Positions 19,174 to 28,571 of a DNA stretch of 64,000 nucleotides are shown piece by piece. The stretch covers positions 2,800 to 66,799 of the forward strand of contig JAHEHU010000001.1 in the NCBI GenBank assembly GCA_024639765.1. Reading direction: 5' to 3'. A program made the translations under genes and the position numbers. Within the stretch, counting starts at the first letter, position 1; every line of letters starts with the position of its first letter. Source of the DNA: Eudoraea sp. GTDB taxonomy: Bacteria; Bacteroidota; Bacteroidia; Flavobacteriales; Flavobacteriaceae. The notes beneath the pieces are model-generated. The model saw only the letters and a list, made by a program, of their open reading frames with translations, had not been told where the DNA came from and did no database searches.

Positions 19174-20306
19174 TTGTAGCGTACTTTCCGCAAGATACGC
19201 AGCGATTCCTTGAGGTTGTTGTATACTGTTTCCTCCCTCGATCTGATTAGGCCTCTCAGGATCTCCATTTGTTCCTTTGCTTCTTCAAAGCCATTTAAAT
19301 AACAAATGAGATAAGTAGCAGGTGCCAGTTTCAGATCTGAGACCTCGGTCTTAGTAAGCGTTCTGTTTTTTTGAATTTTTTGGACCAGCGAATTGTTGGC
19401 ATTATAGATATGATGTAAGGTCTTCCTGTCGTATTGTGGGGGTTCGAAGATCAGTTCTCCAGAAATCTGGTATGTACCATTATCCTGAAAGCCAATCCTC
19501 ACCTTCTCCAAAGGAAAGTACCGTTGCTCTCTGCCGAGGCCCAGTTGCACATATTCAGTGATGGTAAAAGAATTATCTGTAAAGTGAATGCTGATCTCAT
19601 CGAGCGTTGAGTAAAATAATTTTACCTGCTCATTGATCAATTCTATATCTACCCGCGAATAATAGGTCTTGTCCTTTACCTTTTTCTTATTCCCTGCCCA
19701 ACAGATCACAAATTGTTCTTTAAAAACTTTGTAGTTGCTGCTGAGGTCTTTATGACGGTAATTGAGAAAGTCGATCACCCCATCCAAGGTAAGTTCAATA
19801 TTGTTACGTGCGTGGTGCTCTATGGTAGCCACGGTAGCCGAATTCAGGTCTTTCAGGTCTATATCGAAGGCTTTGGGCATACTTATGCTCCCTTCTCTGA
19901 AGAAGACAGCACCACCATAATATTTCCAAATGTTCTTTCGTAACGAACAGACTTTACCATTAGATCGGATAGTCACTAAGCCAACCACTTTTCCTTCCGG
20001 AAGATGTGGAAATGGAATATTTTCATACGCTATTAATGGCGGATTGTCTAAATAGGCATTGACAAGATTCTGTATCTTACTATCATCAAAAAAATCGACA
20101 CCAACTATTTTGTTGTCCTCGTCTTCTACACCTATGGCGATATAAGAATTGTTTTCGGGATTACTGTTAGCCAGGGCGCAAACGTGCTTTAAAAATTTAG
20201 CCTTCCCTTCTTTCTGACCAATATCTATGAAGCGTTTTTTATCATAAAAACTGTTCTCATCATTGTGAGCCAAAAGGTTTTTTACCAGCAGGCGTTTGTT
20301 GATCAT
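19170..20306 (-). CDS. AlbA_2 (Schlafen-like) nucleic-acid-binding domain protein with uncharacterised C-terminal half
   Basis: 378-aa ORF. The N-terminus reads ENSFYDKKRF...FLKHVCALANSNPENNSYIAIGVEDEDNKIVGV, matching the AlbA_2 pattern. The C-terminal ~230 aa carry no motif I recognise. Confidence 0.6.
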   Translation of the reverse strand: MINKRLLVKNLLAHNDENSFYDKKRFIDIGQKEGKAKFLKHVCALANSNPENNSYIAIGVEDEDNKIVGVDFFDDSKIQNLVNAYLDNPPLIAYENIPFPHLPEGKVVGLVTIRSNGKVCSLRKNIWKYYGGAVFFREGSISMPKAFDIDLKDLNSATVATIEHHARNNIELTLDGVIDFLNYRHKDLSSNYKVFKEQFVICWAGNKKKVKDKTYYSRVDIELINEQVKLFYSTLDEISIHFTDNSFTITEYVQLGLGREQRYFPLEKVRIGFQDNGTYQISGELIFEPPQYDRKTLHHIYNANNSLVQKIQKNRTLTKTEVSDLKLAPATYLICYLNGFEEAKEQMEILRGLIRSREETVYNNLKESLRILRKVRYN

Positions 20307-21058
20307 ACTTGTTTCTTCACAATGGTACTACTTGCCTGAGCCGTTGGCATCACCACCAGGTCGGCAATGTTTACATGGTAGGGTCTGGTGACTACAAAGT
20401 ATATGATATCTGCAATGTCTTCGGGTAGTAATGGTTGATAGCCCTGATACACTTTTTCGGCACGTTTCTCATCCCCTTTAAAACGCACCTCACTAAATTC
20501 AGTCTCCACCAGACCAGGATTTACGGAACCTACCCGAATACCATATTCATTGAGGTCTAAACGCATCCCTTGATTTATGGCATCTACGGCATGTTTACTG
20601 GCGCAGTAAACATTTCCATTTGGATAGACCTCTTTCCCAGCCGTTGAACCTATATTGATGATATGCCCGGATCTATTAGTAACCATCACTGGTATTATGG
20701 CCCTGGACACATATAGCAGGCCCTTTACATTGATGTCGATCATCGCATCCCAGTCTGTGAGATCTCCGGATTGAATGGGATCCAAGCCATGGGCATTCCC
20801 GGCATTATTGATTAAAATGTCTATGGTCGCAAATTCCTTGGGAAGCGATTCTATTGCTGCTTCTACCAACTCCTTTTCCCTCACATCAAAATTGAGGGTA
20901 TGTACTTTAGTATGGGCACTAAGCTCCTTCGCCAGGGAATCCAGATTTGCCTGTCGCCTTCCACAAAGTACCAGAGATATCCCATGATAAGCGAAAAGTT
21001 TGGCGGTGGCCATACCAATGCCACTTGTTGCCCCTGTAATAAATGCTGTTTTATTCAT
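20303..21058 (-). CDS. SDR family oxidoreductase (YdfG-like)
   Basis: Motifs TGATSGIG, NNAG and YCASKHA. Confidence 0.85.
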   Translation of the reverse strand: MNKTAFITGATSGIGMATAKLFAYHGISLVLCGRRQANLDSLAKELSAHTKVHTLNFDVREKELVEAAIESLPKEFATIDILINNAGNAHGLDPIQSGDLTDWDAMIDINVKGLLYVSRAIIPVMVTNRSGHIINIGSTAGKEVYPNGNVYCASKHAVDAINQGMRLDLNEYGIRVGSVNPGLVETEFSEVRFKGDEKRAEKVYQGYQPLLPEDIADIIYFVVTRPYHVNIADLVVMPTAQASSTIVKKQV

Positions 21059-21078
21059 AGCAATTAAATTTATATCTG

Positions 21079-21954
21079 TCAGGGAACTTTATGCCCTTGA
21101 GATGCCGTTAAGAGTGTAAACCAGTCTTCCAGTTCCATGTTGATTTCAGAGGCCTTTATACTATCGGCCAGTCTGTCCATATGGGTTGTCCCAACAACAG
21201 GATGTATATGTGCAGGATGTTTCATTAGCCAGGCAAGGATCAATTGGTCCTCACTAGCCTGATACTTTTCCTTGAACGGGAGCATCACTTCCTTAATTCT
21301 TTGGGTTCTTTCGGAATCTTCTCTAAAATACGACCCCAGAGGAGACCATGCCATGGCCACTCTTTTCTTAGTGATACAATCATCTAAAGTGCCGTCATAC
21401 ATTACCCCCTCGGCGGTAAGAGAACATTCTACCTGGTTGGCACTCACCGCAACTGCCGTCTCTATCATTTCAATCTGAGAAGGAGTAAAATTAGATACTC
21501 CAAAAGCACGAATCTTGCCGCTGCTCATCAGCCGTTCAACAGCCTCAGCTATTGGTTCAGGATCCATCAACGGGCTCGGCCTGTGTAATAAAAACAGATC
21601 TAAATACTCCGTATGTAATTTTTCCAGAGAACGTTCTGCAGACCATATGATATAGTCTGTTGAATACTCATAATGCTTGGTTACATTATTCCTGGTTTCA
21701 CAAACATATTGAATGCCGCACTTGCTGATCAATTCAATATCCTCCCGTTGGATTCTGCTTTCAGAAAATGCCTTTCCAAATTCTTCTTCATTGCCATATG
21801 CCCCATAGATATCGGCATGGTCAAAAGTGGTGATGCCGTGTTCCAGGCAATGATTCATTAAAGAGATCATCTCGTTTTTAGAAAGCTGTTTTCCCCAACT
21901 TCCCCAAGTCATCGTTCCGGCAATAATTCTGGAATATTTTGAAGGTGTTTTCAT
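21079..21954 (-). CDS. aldo/keto reductase
   Basis: 291-aa ORF with FDHADIYG, HRP and an AKR-like C-terminal region. Confidence 0.8.
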   Translation of the reverse strand: MKTPSKYSRIIAGTMTWGSWGKQLSKNEMISLMNHCLEHGITTFDHADIYGAYGNEEEFGKAFSESRIQREDIELISKCGIQYVCETRNNVTKHYEYSTDYIIWSAERSLEKLHTEYLDLFLLHRPSPLMDPEPIAEAVERLMSSGKIRAFGVSNFTPSQIEMIETAVAVSANQVECSLTAEGVMYDGTLDDCITKKRVAMAWSPLGSYFREDSERTQRIKEVMLPFKEKYQASEDQLILAWLMKHPAHIHPVVGTTHMDRLADSIKASEINMELEDWFTLLTASQGHKVP

Positions 21955-22110
21955 AGACGAGTGAAATTACTAAAAATCCCTTAAATACTTCATAAAACTT
22001 GGGGTTCCCGAAATTTTTTAACCAATCATTAACAGGCATTGAATGAATAAATTTTCATTTTGCATATCCTTTGATCTAATAGATTGATAGACAAATATTA
22101 AAAGATAATT

Positions 22111-23112
22111 ATGGAAGAAAACAATACGGTGGATATAAGTGCAGTAAATGAGAAAATTGCCCAGGAAAGTGCCTTTATAGATCTACTGATGATGGAGATG
22201 AATAAAGTGATCGTAGGTCAAAAGCATATGACAGAACGATTACTGATAGGACTTCTTGGCCAGGGTCACATTTTATTGGAAGGGGTTCCCGGCCTGGCAA
22301 AAACATTGGCCATCAACACATTGTCAAAAGCAGTTAAGGGAAGTTTTAGCCGTATTCAATTTACACCAGACCTTTTGCCGGCAGATGTAGTAGGTACTCT
22401 GATCTACAATATGAAGGTGAATGATTTTTCCATTAAAAAAGGCCCCATTTTTGCCAATTTCGTGTTGGCAGATGAGATTAACCGAGCCCCTGCTAAGGTA
22501 CAATCAGCATTGCTGGAGGCTATGCAGGAACGACAGGTAACTATTGGAGATGAAACCTTTTCTTTGGATGCCCCATTCTTAGTTATGGCCACTCAGAACC
22601 CTATTGAGCAGGAAGGAACATATCCTTTACCGGAGGCACAGGTAGACCGATTTATGTTAAAAACGGTGATAGACTACCCAAAGATGAATGAAGAGCAAAT
22701 GATAATTCGGCAGAATTTGAAGGGAGCATTTGAAAAGGTAAAGCCGGTCATTACAGTTAAACAGATCCTGAGTGCTCAAAAGGCAGTAAGGGACGTCTAC
22801 ATGGACGAAAAAATTGAAAAATATATTCTCGATCTTGTCTTTGCCACTCGCTATCCTGAAAAATATAACCTGGAAGATCTCAAACCCCTTATAAGCTTTG
22901 GAGCATCCCCGCGGGGAAGTATAAACTTAGCGATTGCTGCCAAGTGCTATGCTTTTATAAAACGAAGAGGTTATGTAGTGCCAGAAGATGTAAGGGCAGT
23001 CATACACGATGTCTTAAGGCACAGAGTTGGAATAACCTATGAGGCTGAAGCCGAAAGTGTCACCTCGGAGGAGATCATCAATCGTATTGTTAACGAAATT
23101 GAAGTGCCCTAA
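22111..23112 (+). CDS. MoxR-family AAA+ ATPase (first gene of the Bat operon)
   Basis: Walker A GVPGLAKT, Walker B LADEINRA, and TQNPIEQEGTYPLPEAQVDRF. Confidence 0.9.
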   Translation: MEENNTVDISAVNEKIAQESAFIDLLMMEMNKVIVGQKHMTERLLIGLLGQGHILLEGVPGLAKTLAINTLSKAVKGSFSRIQFTPDLLPADVVGTLIYNMKVNDFSIKKGPIFANFVLADEINRAPAKVQSALLEAMQERQVTIGDETFSLDAPFLVMATQNPIEQEGTYPLPEAQVDRFMLKTVIDYPKMNEEQMIIRQNLKGAFEKVKPVITVKQILSAQKAVRDVYMDEKIEKYILDLVFATRYPEKYNLEDLKPLISFGASPRGSINLAIAAKCYAFIKRRGYVVPEDVRAVIHDVLRHRVGITYEAEAESVTSEEIINRIVNEIEVP

Positions 23113-23177
23113 AAGTTCAATGTTTGAAAATAAGTTCAACTGTTACCTTTTGAACCAACCTGCTAAAACTTGAACCC

Positions 23178-24044
23178 ATGGATACAAAAGAACTACTCAA
23201 AAAAGTTCGTAAAATAGAGATCAAGACCCGTCGGTTATCCGACCACATTTTTGGGGGAGAATACCATTCTACCTTCAAGGGACGAGGTATGACCTTTAGT
23301 GAGGTTCGGCAGTATCAGTTTGGAGATGACGTTCGCTCTATTGACTGGAATGTTACTGCCCGATATAACGAACCGTTCGTAAAAGTTTTTGAAGAAGAGA
23401 GGGAGCTTACTTTAATGCTCATGGTAGATATTAGTGGTTCCGAGTTATTTGGAACGGTAAATCAGTTCAAAAAAGCCGTGATCACAGAAATATCCGCTAC
23501 ACTGGCATTCTCAGCACTCCAGAACAATGATAAAGTGGGGATGATCTTATTCACAGATGAAATTGAATTGTTCATTCCTCCAAAAAAAGGTAAGAGTCAT
23601 ATTCTAAGGATCATTCGCGAATTGCTTGAGTTTAAACCGCACAGTAAAAAGACCAATCTTACGGAAGCCTTAAAATACCTCTCCAATGTGATGAAAAAAA
23701 AGGCCATCGTTTTTATCCTTTCAGATTTTATGATGGATGACTATGAGCGCACCTTGAAGATCGTAGGCAATAAACACGATGTTACAGGAATAAGGGTCTA
23801 TGATCCCAATGAGGAGAACATCATTAACCTGGGAATGGTACAGATGGAAGATGCTGAGACCGGTGAGGTACATGTTGTAAATACACAATCCAAAAAAGTG
23901 CGTAGTGCCTATGAAACCCATTACAGGGATAGGGTGAGCTACTTTAAGAATGCCTTTACAAAATCAGGTGCAGGTATATTGGATTGCAGGGTAGATGAAA
24001 GTTATGTAAAAAAATTACTGGGATATTTTAAGCAAAGAGGGTAA
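23178..24044 (+). CDS. DUF58 domain protein
   Basis: GEYHSTFKGRGMTFSEVRQYQFGDDVRSIDWNVTAR is the typical DUF58 partner of MoxR. Confidence 0.85.
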   Translation: MDTKELLKKVRKIEIKTRRLSDHIFGGEYHSTFKGRGMTFSEVRQYQFGDDVRSIDWNVTARYNEPFVKVFEEERELTLMLMVDISGSELFGTVNQFKKAVITEISATLAFSALQNNDKVGMILFTDEIELFIPPKKGKSHILRIIRELLEFKPHSKKTNLTEALKYLSNVMKKKAIVFILSDFMMDDYERTLKIVGNKHDVTGIRVYDPNEENIINLGMVQMEDAETGEVHVVNTQSKKVRSAYETHYRDRVSYFKNAFTKSGAGILDCRVDESYVKKLLGYFKQRG

Positions 24045-24052
24045 CAAAAATA

Positions 24053-25708
24053 ATGAGCAGTTCTAAAACATATTTAAAATTTAAGGAAGTGATACCATTT
24101 GGTGGTTCACTTGTCCTAATTTTTATGTTATGTGCCCTTACTGTAAATGCACAGACAGAACCACGGGTACGCACTACTGTAGACACCACTTCCATAAAGA
24201 TCGGGGAACAAATTCAATTTCTGGTGACCGTAGAGGCAGACACTACGGCCCAAGTGATCTTTCCTGAAGGTCAAACCTTTTCTCCATTGGAAACTGTGGA
24301 GGCCTTTAAAACAGATACCACAAGGCAACTAGACCGCATGACGCTTCAAAAGATCTATGCGCTAACACAATTCGATTCTGGTTCTTACACCCTGCCTACA
24401 CAGCGAATAGAGATAGATGGAAAAGGATATTTTACAGATTCCTTAAAAATACAGGTGACCTCCATTGAGGTAGACACTATTACGAGGGAGTTTTATGATA
24501 TTAAGCCACTGATTCCCGTAGAAAAAAATACCATAAACGTTCCGTTTTTTATTTGGGTCATTCTTGGGGTTTTGGTTATTGCGGGCTTGGTTTATTGGTT
24601 CTTGTTTAGAAAAAAACAATTGAGTGAAGATGAAAAAGAGGCTCTTCTTCCTCCTTATGACCGAGCCCTTTTGGAGTTAAAAAGGCTCGAAAATTCTCGT
24701 TACATCATTCAGGATGAATACAAAAAATACTATTCGGAACTAACGGATATTGTAAGGTCTTACCTGGAAGAGGACGTGCATATCTCAGCACTGGAGAGTA
24801 CAACAAGTCAGCTTATTTCCAAGTTGGAAATGATGAAAGATGCAGGGGCCCTTAAAATTGAAGCAGATACGATAGATCAATTCAAAAAAATACTGGAAAC
24901 TGCAGATCTCGTGAAATTTGCGCGCTCTAAACCAGCTTCCTCCGCAGCCGAAGAAGACAGGAAAGCTATTGAACAGATCGTGATCAAAACCAAAGAGGCT
25001 ATCCCGGAACCCACAGAAGAAGAATTAATGCAGGAGGCTGCTTATCAGGAGGCATTACTTTTAAGAAAAAGGAGAAAGCGATGGATACAAATAGGTTTTT
25101 CTGCAGCAGCCCTTGTGATCCTTGCCCTTGGAGCGTCTGTATTCTACTATGGATTTGAGAATGTTCAGGATACGTTACTTCGCAATCCGTCCAAACGATT
25201 ATTGGAAGGCGAATGGGTTAGCAGTTCCTATGGTTATCCACCAATTGATCTCTCTGCTCCTGAGGTCTTGATAAGGCAAGAAGTGGTGATCCCACCTGAG
25301 GAGAAAGATAAGATCAAGAATACCCAGGTTTTTTCCTATTACAATCCGGAAACTATGCTGGGAGTAGGTACCACCTCCACTATGTTGGTAGAACCTACAG
25401 ACCCTGATTATCAAAAAAGTATAGATGAGGTCTTAAAAGAGTTTGTAGATAAAGGTGCCAGAAACATCATAACAAAACAAGAAGAATTTAGTTCTGCATC
25501 CGGAGTACCCGGACTTAAAGTCTTCGGAAGTGGTACGTTCCAGACTGGTAGTTCTGGTGAAAAAGTAAAAGGAAAATATGCCATTATACTTTTCGGAGGA
25601 AAGGGATTTAAGCAACAAATAGTGCTCTCCTGGGAAGAGGGGGATTCCTATGCCGAAGAGATCATCAATAGAATAATAAACTCCATAGACGTAAAAACAC
25701 AGGTGTAG
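24053..25708 (+). CDS. Bat-operon membrane protein (BatD-like N-terminal module, TM/DUF4381-like segment, extra C-terminal domain)
   Basis: 551-aa ORF with a signal sequence, then a BatD-like region (IKIGEQIQFLVTVEAD...). A TM segment (FFIWVILGVLVIAGLVYWFLF) follows. A second TM and a ~180-aa C-terminal domain complete the protein. Confidence 0.55.
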   Translation: MSSSKTYLKFKEVIPFGGSLVLIFMLCALTVNAQTEPRVRTTVDTTSIKIGEQIQFLVTVEADTTAQVIFPEGQTFSPLETVEAFKTDTTRQLDRMTLQKIYALTQFDSGSYTLPTQRIEIDGKGYFTDSLKIQVTSIEVDTITREFYDIKPLIPVEKNTINVPFFIWVILGVLVIAGLVYWFLFRKKQLSEDEKEALLPPYDRALLELKRLENSRYIIQDEYKKYYSELTDIVRSYLEEDVHISALESTTSQLISKLEMMKDAGALKIEADTIDQFKKILETADLVKFARSKPASSAAEEDRKAIEQIVIKTKEAIPEPTEEELMQEAAYQEALLLRKRRKRWIQIGFSAAALVILALGASVFYYGFENVQDTLLRNPSKRLLEGEWVSSSYGYPPIDLSAPEVLIRQEVVIPPEEKDKIKNTQVFSYYNPETMLGVGTTSTMLVEPTDPDYQKSIDEVLKEFVDKGARNIITKQEEFSSASGVPGLKVFGSGTFQTGSSGEKVKGKYAIILFGGKGFKQQIVLSWEEGDSYAEEIINRIINSIDVKTQV

Positions 25709-26707
25709 ATGTTTGAAAATATTCAATTCGCAAATCCAGAGTTTTTCTGGTTGTTCTTAGGACTTCCACTGGCTTTGCTTTGGTATTTTTTTAAACGAAA
25801 AGAAGAAACAGCTAGCCTGAAAATATCGAGTATCCAGGGGTTTCCCAAGAACGATCTTCTTCCCAAATTAAAACCGTTGTTGTTTATATTGCGTTTACTG
25901 GCAATCGCTGCTATTATTACAGCTATGGCAAGGCCTCAAACGCGGGAAATATCTACCCGGACAAAGACCACAAAAGGAATCGATATTGTGATGGCAATTG
26001 ATGTGTCATCTAGTATGCTGGCAAGAGATCTGCGACCAAACCGGTTGGCAGCATTAAAAGAAGTAGCTTCTAATTTTATTCGGGAACGACCTAGTGACCG
26101 AATAGGTTTGGTTGCTTATGCAGGAGAAAGCTACACTAAAACACCGATCACAAGTGATAAAGGAATAGTGTTAAACGCTCTTCGTGAAATAACATATGGG
26201 CAATTGGCAGATGGAACAGCCATAGGAATGGGGTTGGCTACTTCCGTCAACAGATTAAAGGATAGTAAGGCAACATCAAAGGTCATTATCCTACTAACAG
26301 ATGGTGTGAACAATTCTGGATTTATAGAACCACAGACAGCAGCCAATCTGGCGGTTGAGTTTGGGATAAAGACCTATACCATAGGCCTTGGAACTAATGG
26401 TAATGCGCTTTCCCCAATTGCTTACAACGCAGATGGATCTTTCCGATACGGAATGCGGCAAGTTGAAATAGATGAGCCGCTTCTTCAGGAAATAGCCAAT
26501 GTAACCGGAGGTCAATATTTTAGGGCCACCAATAATAAAAAATTAGAGGCCATCTATGATGAGATCAATAAATTGGAAAAAACAGAGGTAGAAGAATTTA
26601 AATACTATAATAACGAGGAGAAATTTAGGCCGTGGATACTTCTGGCAGGGGTACTGCTGCTTTCTGAATGGCTATTCAGAAATACCTTCTTCCGCAGTTT
26701 TATATAA
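25709..26707 (+). CDS. batA: VWA domain membrane protein BatA
   Basis: Two N-terminal TM segments, MIDAS motif DVSSSM, and a C-terminal TM. Confidence 0.85.
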   Translation: MFENIQFANPEFFWLFLGLPLALLWYFFKRKEETASLKISSIQGFPKNDLLPKLKPLLFILRLLAIAAIITAMARPQTREISTRTKTTKGIDIVMAIDVSSSMLARDLRPNRLAALKEVASNFIRERPSDRIGLVAYAGESYTKTPITSDKGIVLNALREITYGQLADGTAIGMGLATSVNRLKDSKATSKVIILLTDGVNNSGFIEPQTAANLAVEFGIKTYTIGLGTNGNALSPIAYNADGSFRYGMRQVEIDEPLLQEIANVTGGQYFRATNNKKLEAIYDEINKLEKTEVEEFKYYNNEEKFRPWILLAGVLLLSEWLFRNTFFRSFI

Positions 26708-26710
26708 GCC

Positions 26711-27757
26711 ATGATTCAAATAGACGAAACAACATACTTATACTTGTTCCTGATCTTTCCGGTCATGATTTTGCTGTATATCGTTATGGTGTACTGGAAG
26801 AAAAAAACACAGCAGAGATTTGCAGAAGCTACCCTGTTGAAGCGACTTTCCCCCAGCAGATCCAACTTTAAGGGAATCATGAAATTGTTATTTCTACTTC
26901 TGGGACTCTCAGGTTTGATCCTTGGATTGGCCAACCCCAAGATTGGGACTAAATTGGAAACCGTTAAGCGTGAAGGGGTCGATATTGTTTTTGCGATAGA
27001 TGTTTCCAAAAGTATGTTAGCAGAAGATATTGCACCAAACAGATTGGAAAAGTCAAAACGCCTGGTTTCAGAGATCATTAATCAGCTGGCAAGTGATCGG
27101 ATCGGTATTATTGCCTACGCAGGGCAGGCAACACCACAATTGCCGATAACTACAGATTATGGGGTGGCAAAAATGTTCTTACAGTACCTCAATACAGACC
27201 TATTATCCTCTCTGGGAACTGCCATTGACGAGGCTATTAAGTTGGCTACCACCTATTACGATGATGAAGAACAGACCAATAAGGTGTTGTTCATTGTGTC
27301 TGATGGGGAGGATCATTCGGAAGGACTGGCTATAGATGCTGTTGACCTGGCGGTAGAGCAAGGCATACGAATATTCACTATTGGGGTTGGGAAAGAAAAA
27401 GGAGCCCCCATTCCTATCAAAAGAAATGGGATCACCCAAGAACTTAAAAAAGATAGTGAGGGAGAGGTAGTAATAACAAAGCTCAATATAGATATATTGA
27501 AAGAAATTGCGGAAAAGGGCAATGGCGAATATATTGACGGATCCAATACCGATGAGGCAGTAGATACGATAAAGGAGGCTCTGAATCAAATGGATAAAAT
27601 GGAATTTGAAGCCAAACAATTTGCAGATTATAAAGACCAGTTCCAATGGTTTTTGGGTGCAGGGTTATTCTTTCTATTTTTAGACATATTTATATTAGAC
27701 AGAAAAACAAAGTGGTTAAAGAGATTGAATCTATTTAATGAGAAGGATCATGAATAA
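26711..27757 (+). CDS. batB: VWA domain membrane protein BatB
   Basis: MIDAS motif DVSKSM, with the same architecture as BatA. Confidence 0.85.
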   Translation: MIQIDETTYLYLFLIFPVMILLYIVMVYWKKKTQQRFAEATLLKRLSPSRSNFKGIMKLLFLLLGLSGLILGLANPKIGTKLETVKREGVDIVFAIDVSKSMLAEDIAPNRLEKSKRLVSEIINQLASDRIGIIAYAGQATPQLPITTDYGVAKMFLQYLNTDLLSSLGTAIDEAIKLATTYYDDEEQTNKVLFIVSDGEDHSEGLAIDAVDLAVEQGIRIFTIGVGKEKGAPIPIKRNGITQELKKDSEGEVVITKLNIDILKEIAEKGNGEYIDGSNTDEAVDTIKEALNQMDKMEFEAKQFADYKDQFQWFLGAGLFFLFLDIFILDRKTKWLKRLNLFNEKDHE

Positions 27758-28571
27758 GGCAAATACATTACTAATTCTATTGCTTATGGCCTCCTTTGTA
27801 TATGCACAGGAAGAAGTGAGCAAAGAAAAAGAGAAAGCTTATAAAAGCTCGATAGATCTGACCTGGGAAGCCAATAAAGAACTTTCGGACAATGAATTTA
27901 TAAACGCCGAAGCAGACTACCGCAGGGCAATTTCAAAAAGTAATGAGAATGTGGTTGCCCCCTATAATTTGGGGACGGCCTACTATAAGAACGAAAGCTT
28001 GGAAGAAGCTTTTGGAAGATTTAAGCAGGTTGGAGAATTAGCCTCTGAAAAGCCCGAAAAACACAAAGCCTTCCATAATATGGGCAATGTCTTTATGAAG
28101 AATGAAGAGTATGATAAAGCTGTGGAAGCCTACAAAGAAGCGCTAAGAAATGACCCTACGGACGAAGAAACCAGGTATAATCTGGCTCTTGCAAAAGCCT
28201 TAGCTGAAAAAGATAAAGACAAGGATAAGCAGGGTGATGAAGACAAAAAAGAACCTGAGGAGAAAAAAGACGACAAAGAGGATAAGGAGAAAAAGGAAGA
28301 CCAAGAAGATCAGCAACAAGATAACAAGGAGAAAGACGAAGGGGATCAGGAGAAAGACGAGAATAAAGAGGGTGATGGAGAGGAAAAGAAAGAGCAGCCA
28401 AAACAAGGTGAAAAGCCAGATGAACAAAAAGAACCGAAAAAAAGTCAGCTTTCACCGCAACAAATAAAAAATCTGCTCGAGGCTATGCAGAATGAAGAAA
28501 ACAAGGTGCAGGAAAAGATGAATGAGAAAAAGGTAAAAGGCCCAAAGGTTAAAACCGCAAAAGATTGGTAG
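27738..28571 (+). CDS. batC: TPR protein BatC with K/E/D-rich tail
   Basis: Signal peptide, TPR repeats (YNLGTAYYKN, FHNMGNVFMKNEEYDKAVEAYKEAL), then a charged low-complexity tail. Confidence 0.75.
   Translation: MRRIMNKANTLLILLLMASFVYAQEEVSKEKEKAYKSSIDLTWEANKELSDNEFINAEADYRRAISKSNENVVAPYNLGTAYYKNESLEEAFGRFKQVGELASEKPEKHKAFHNMGNVFMKNEEYDKAVEAYKEALRNDPTDEETRYNLALAKALAEKDKDKDKQGDEDKKEPEEKKDDKEDKEKKEDQEDQQQDNKEKDEGDQEKDENKEGDGEEKKEQPKQGEKPDEQKEPKKSQLSPQQIKNLLEAMQNEENKVQEKMNEKKVKGPKVKTAKDW
28206..28442 (+). repeat. coding low-complexity K/E/D-rich tract inside batC
   Basis: EKDKDKDKQGDEDKKEPEEKKDDKEDKEKKEDQEDQQQDNKEKDEGDQEKDENKEGDGEEKKEQPKQGEKPDEQKEPKK. Confidence 0.8.

Noticed and set aside
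28156-28467. Three overlapping ORFs (28156-28455, 28200-28427, 28234-28467) and apparent DNA periodicity.
   Set aside because: All derive from alternative frames of the purine-rich K/E/D-coding tract of batC. This is not a repeat array and not separate genes.
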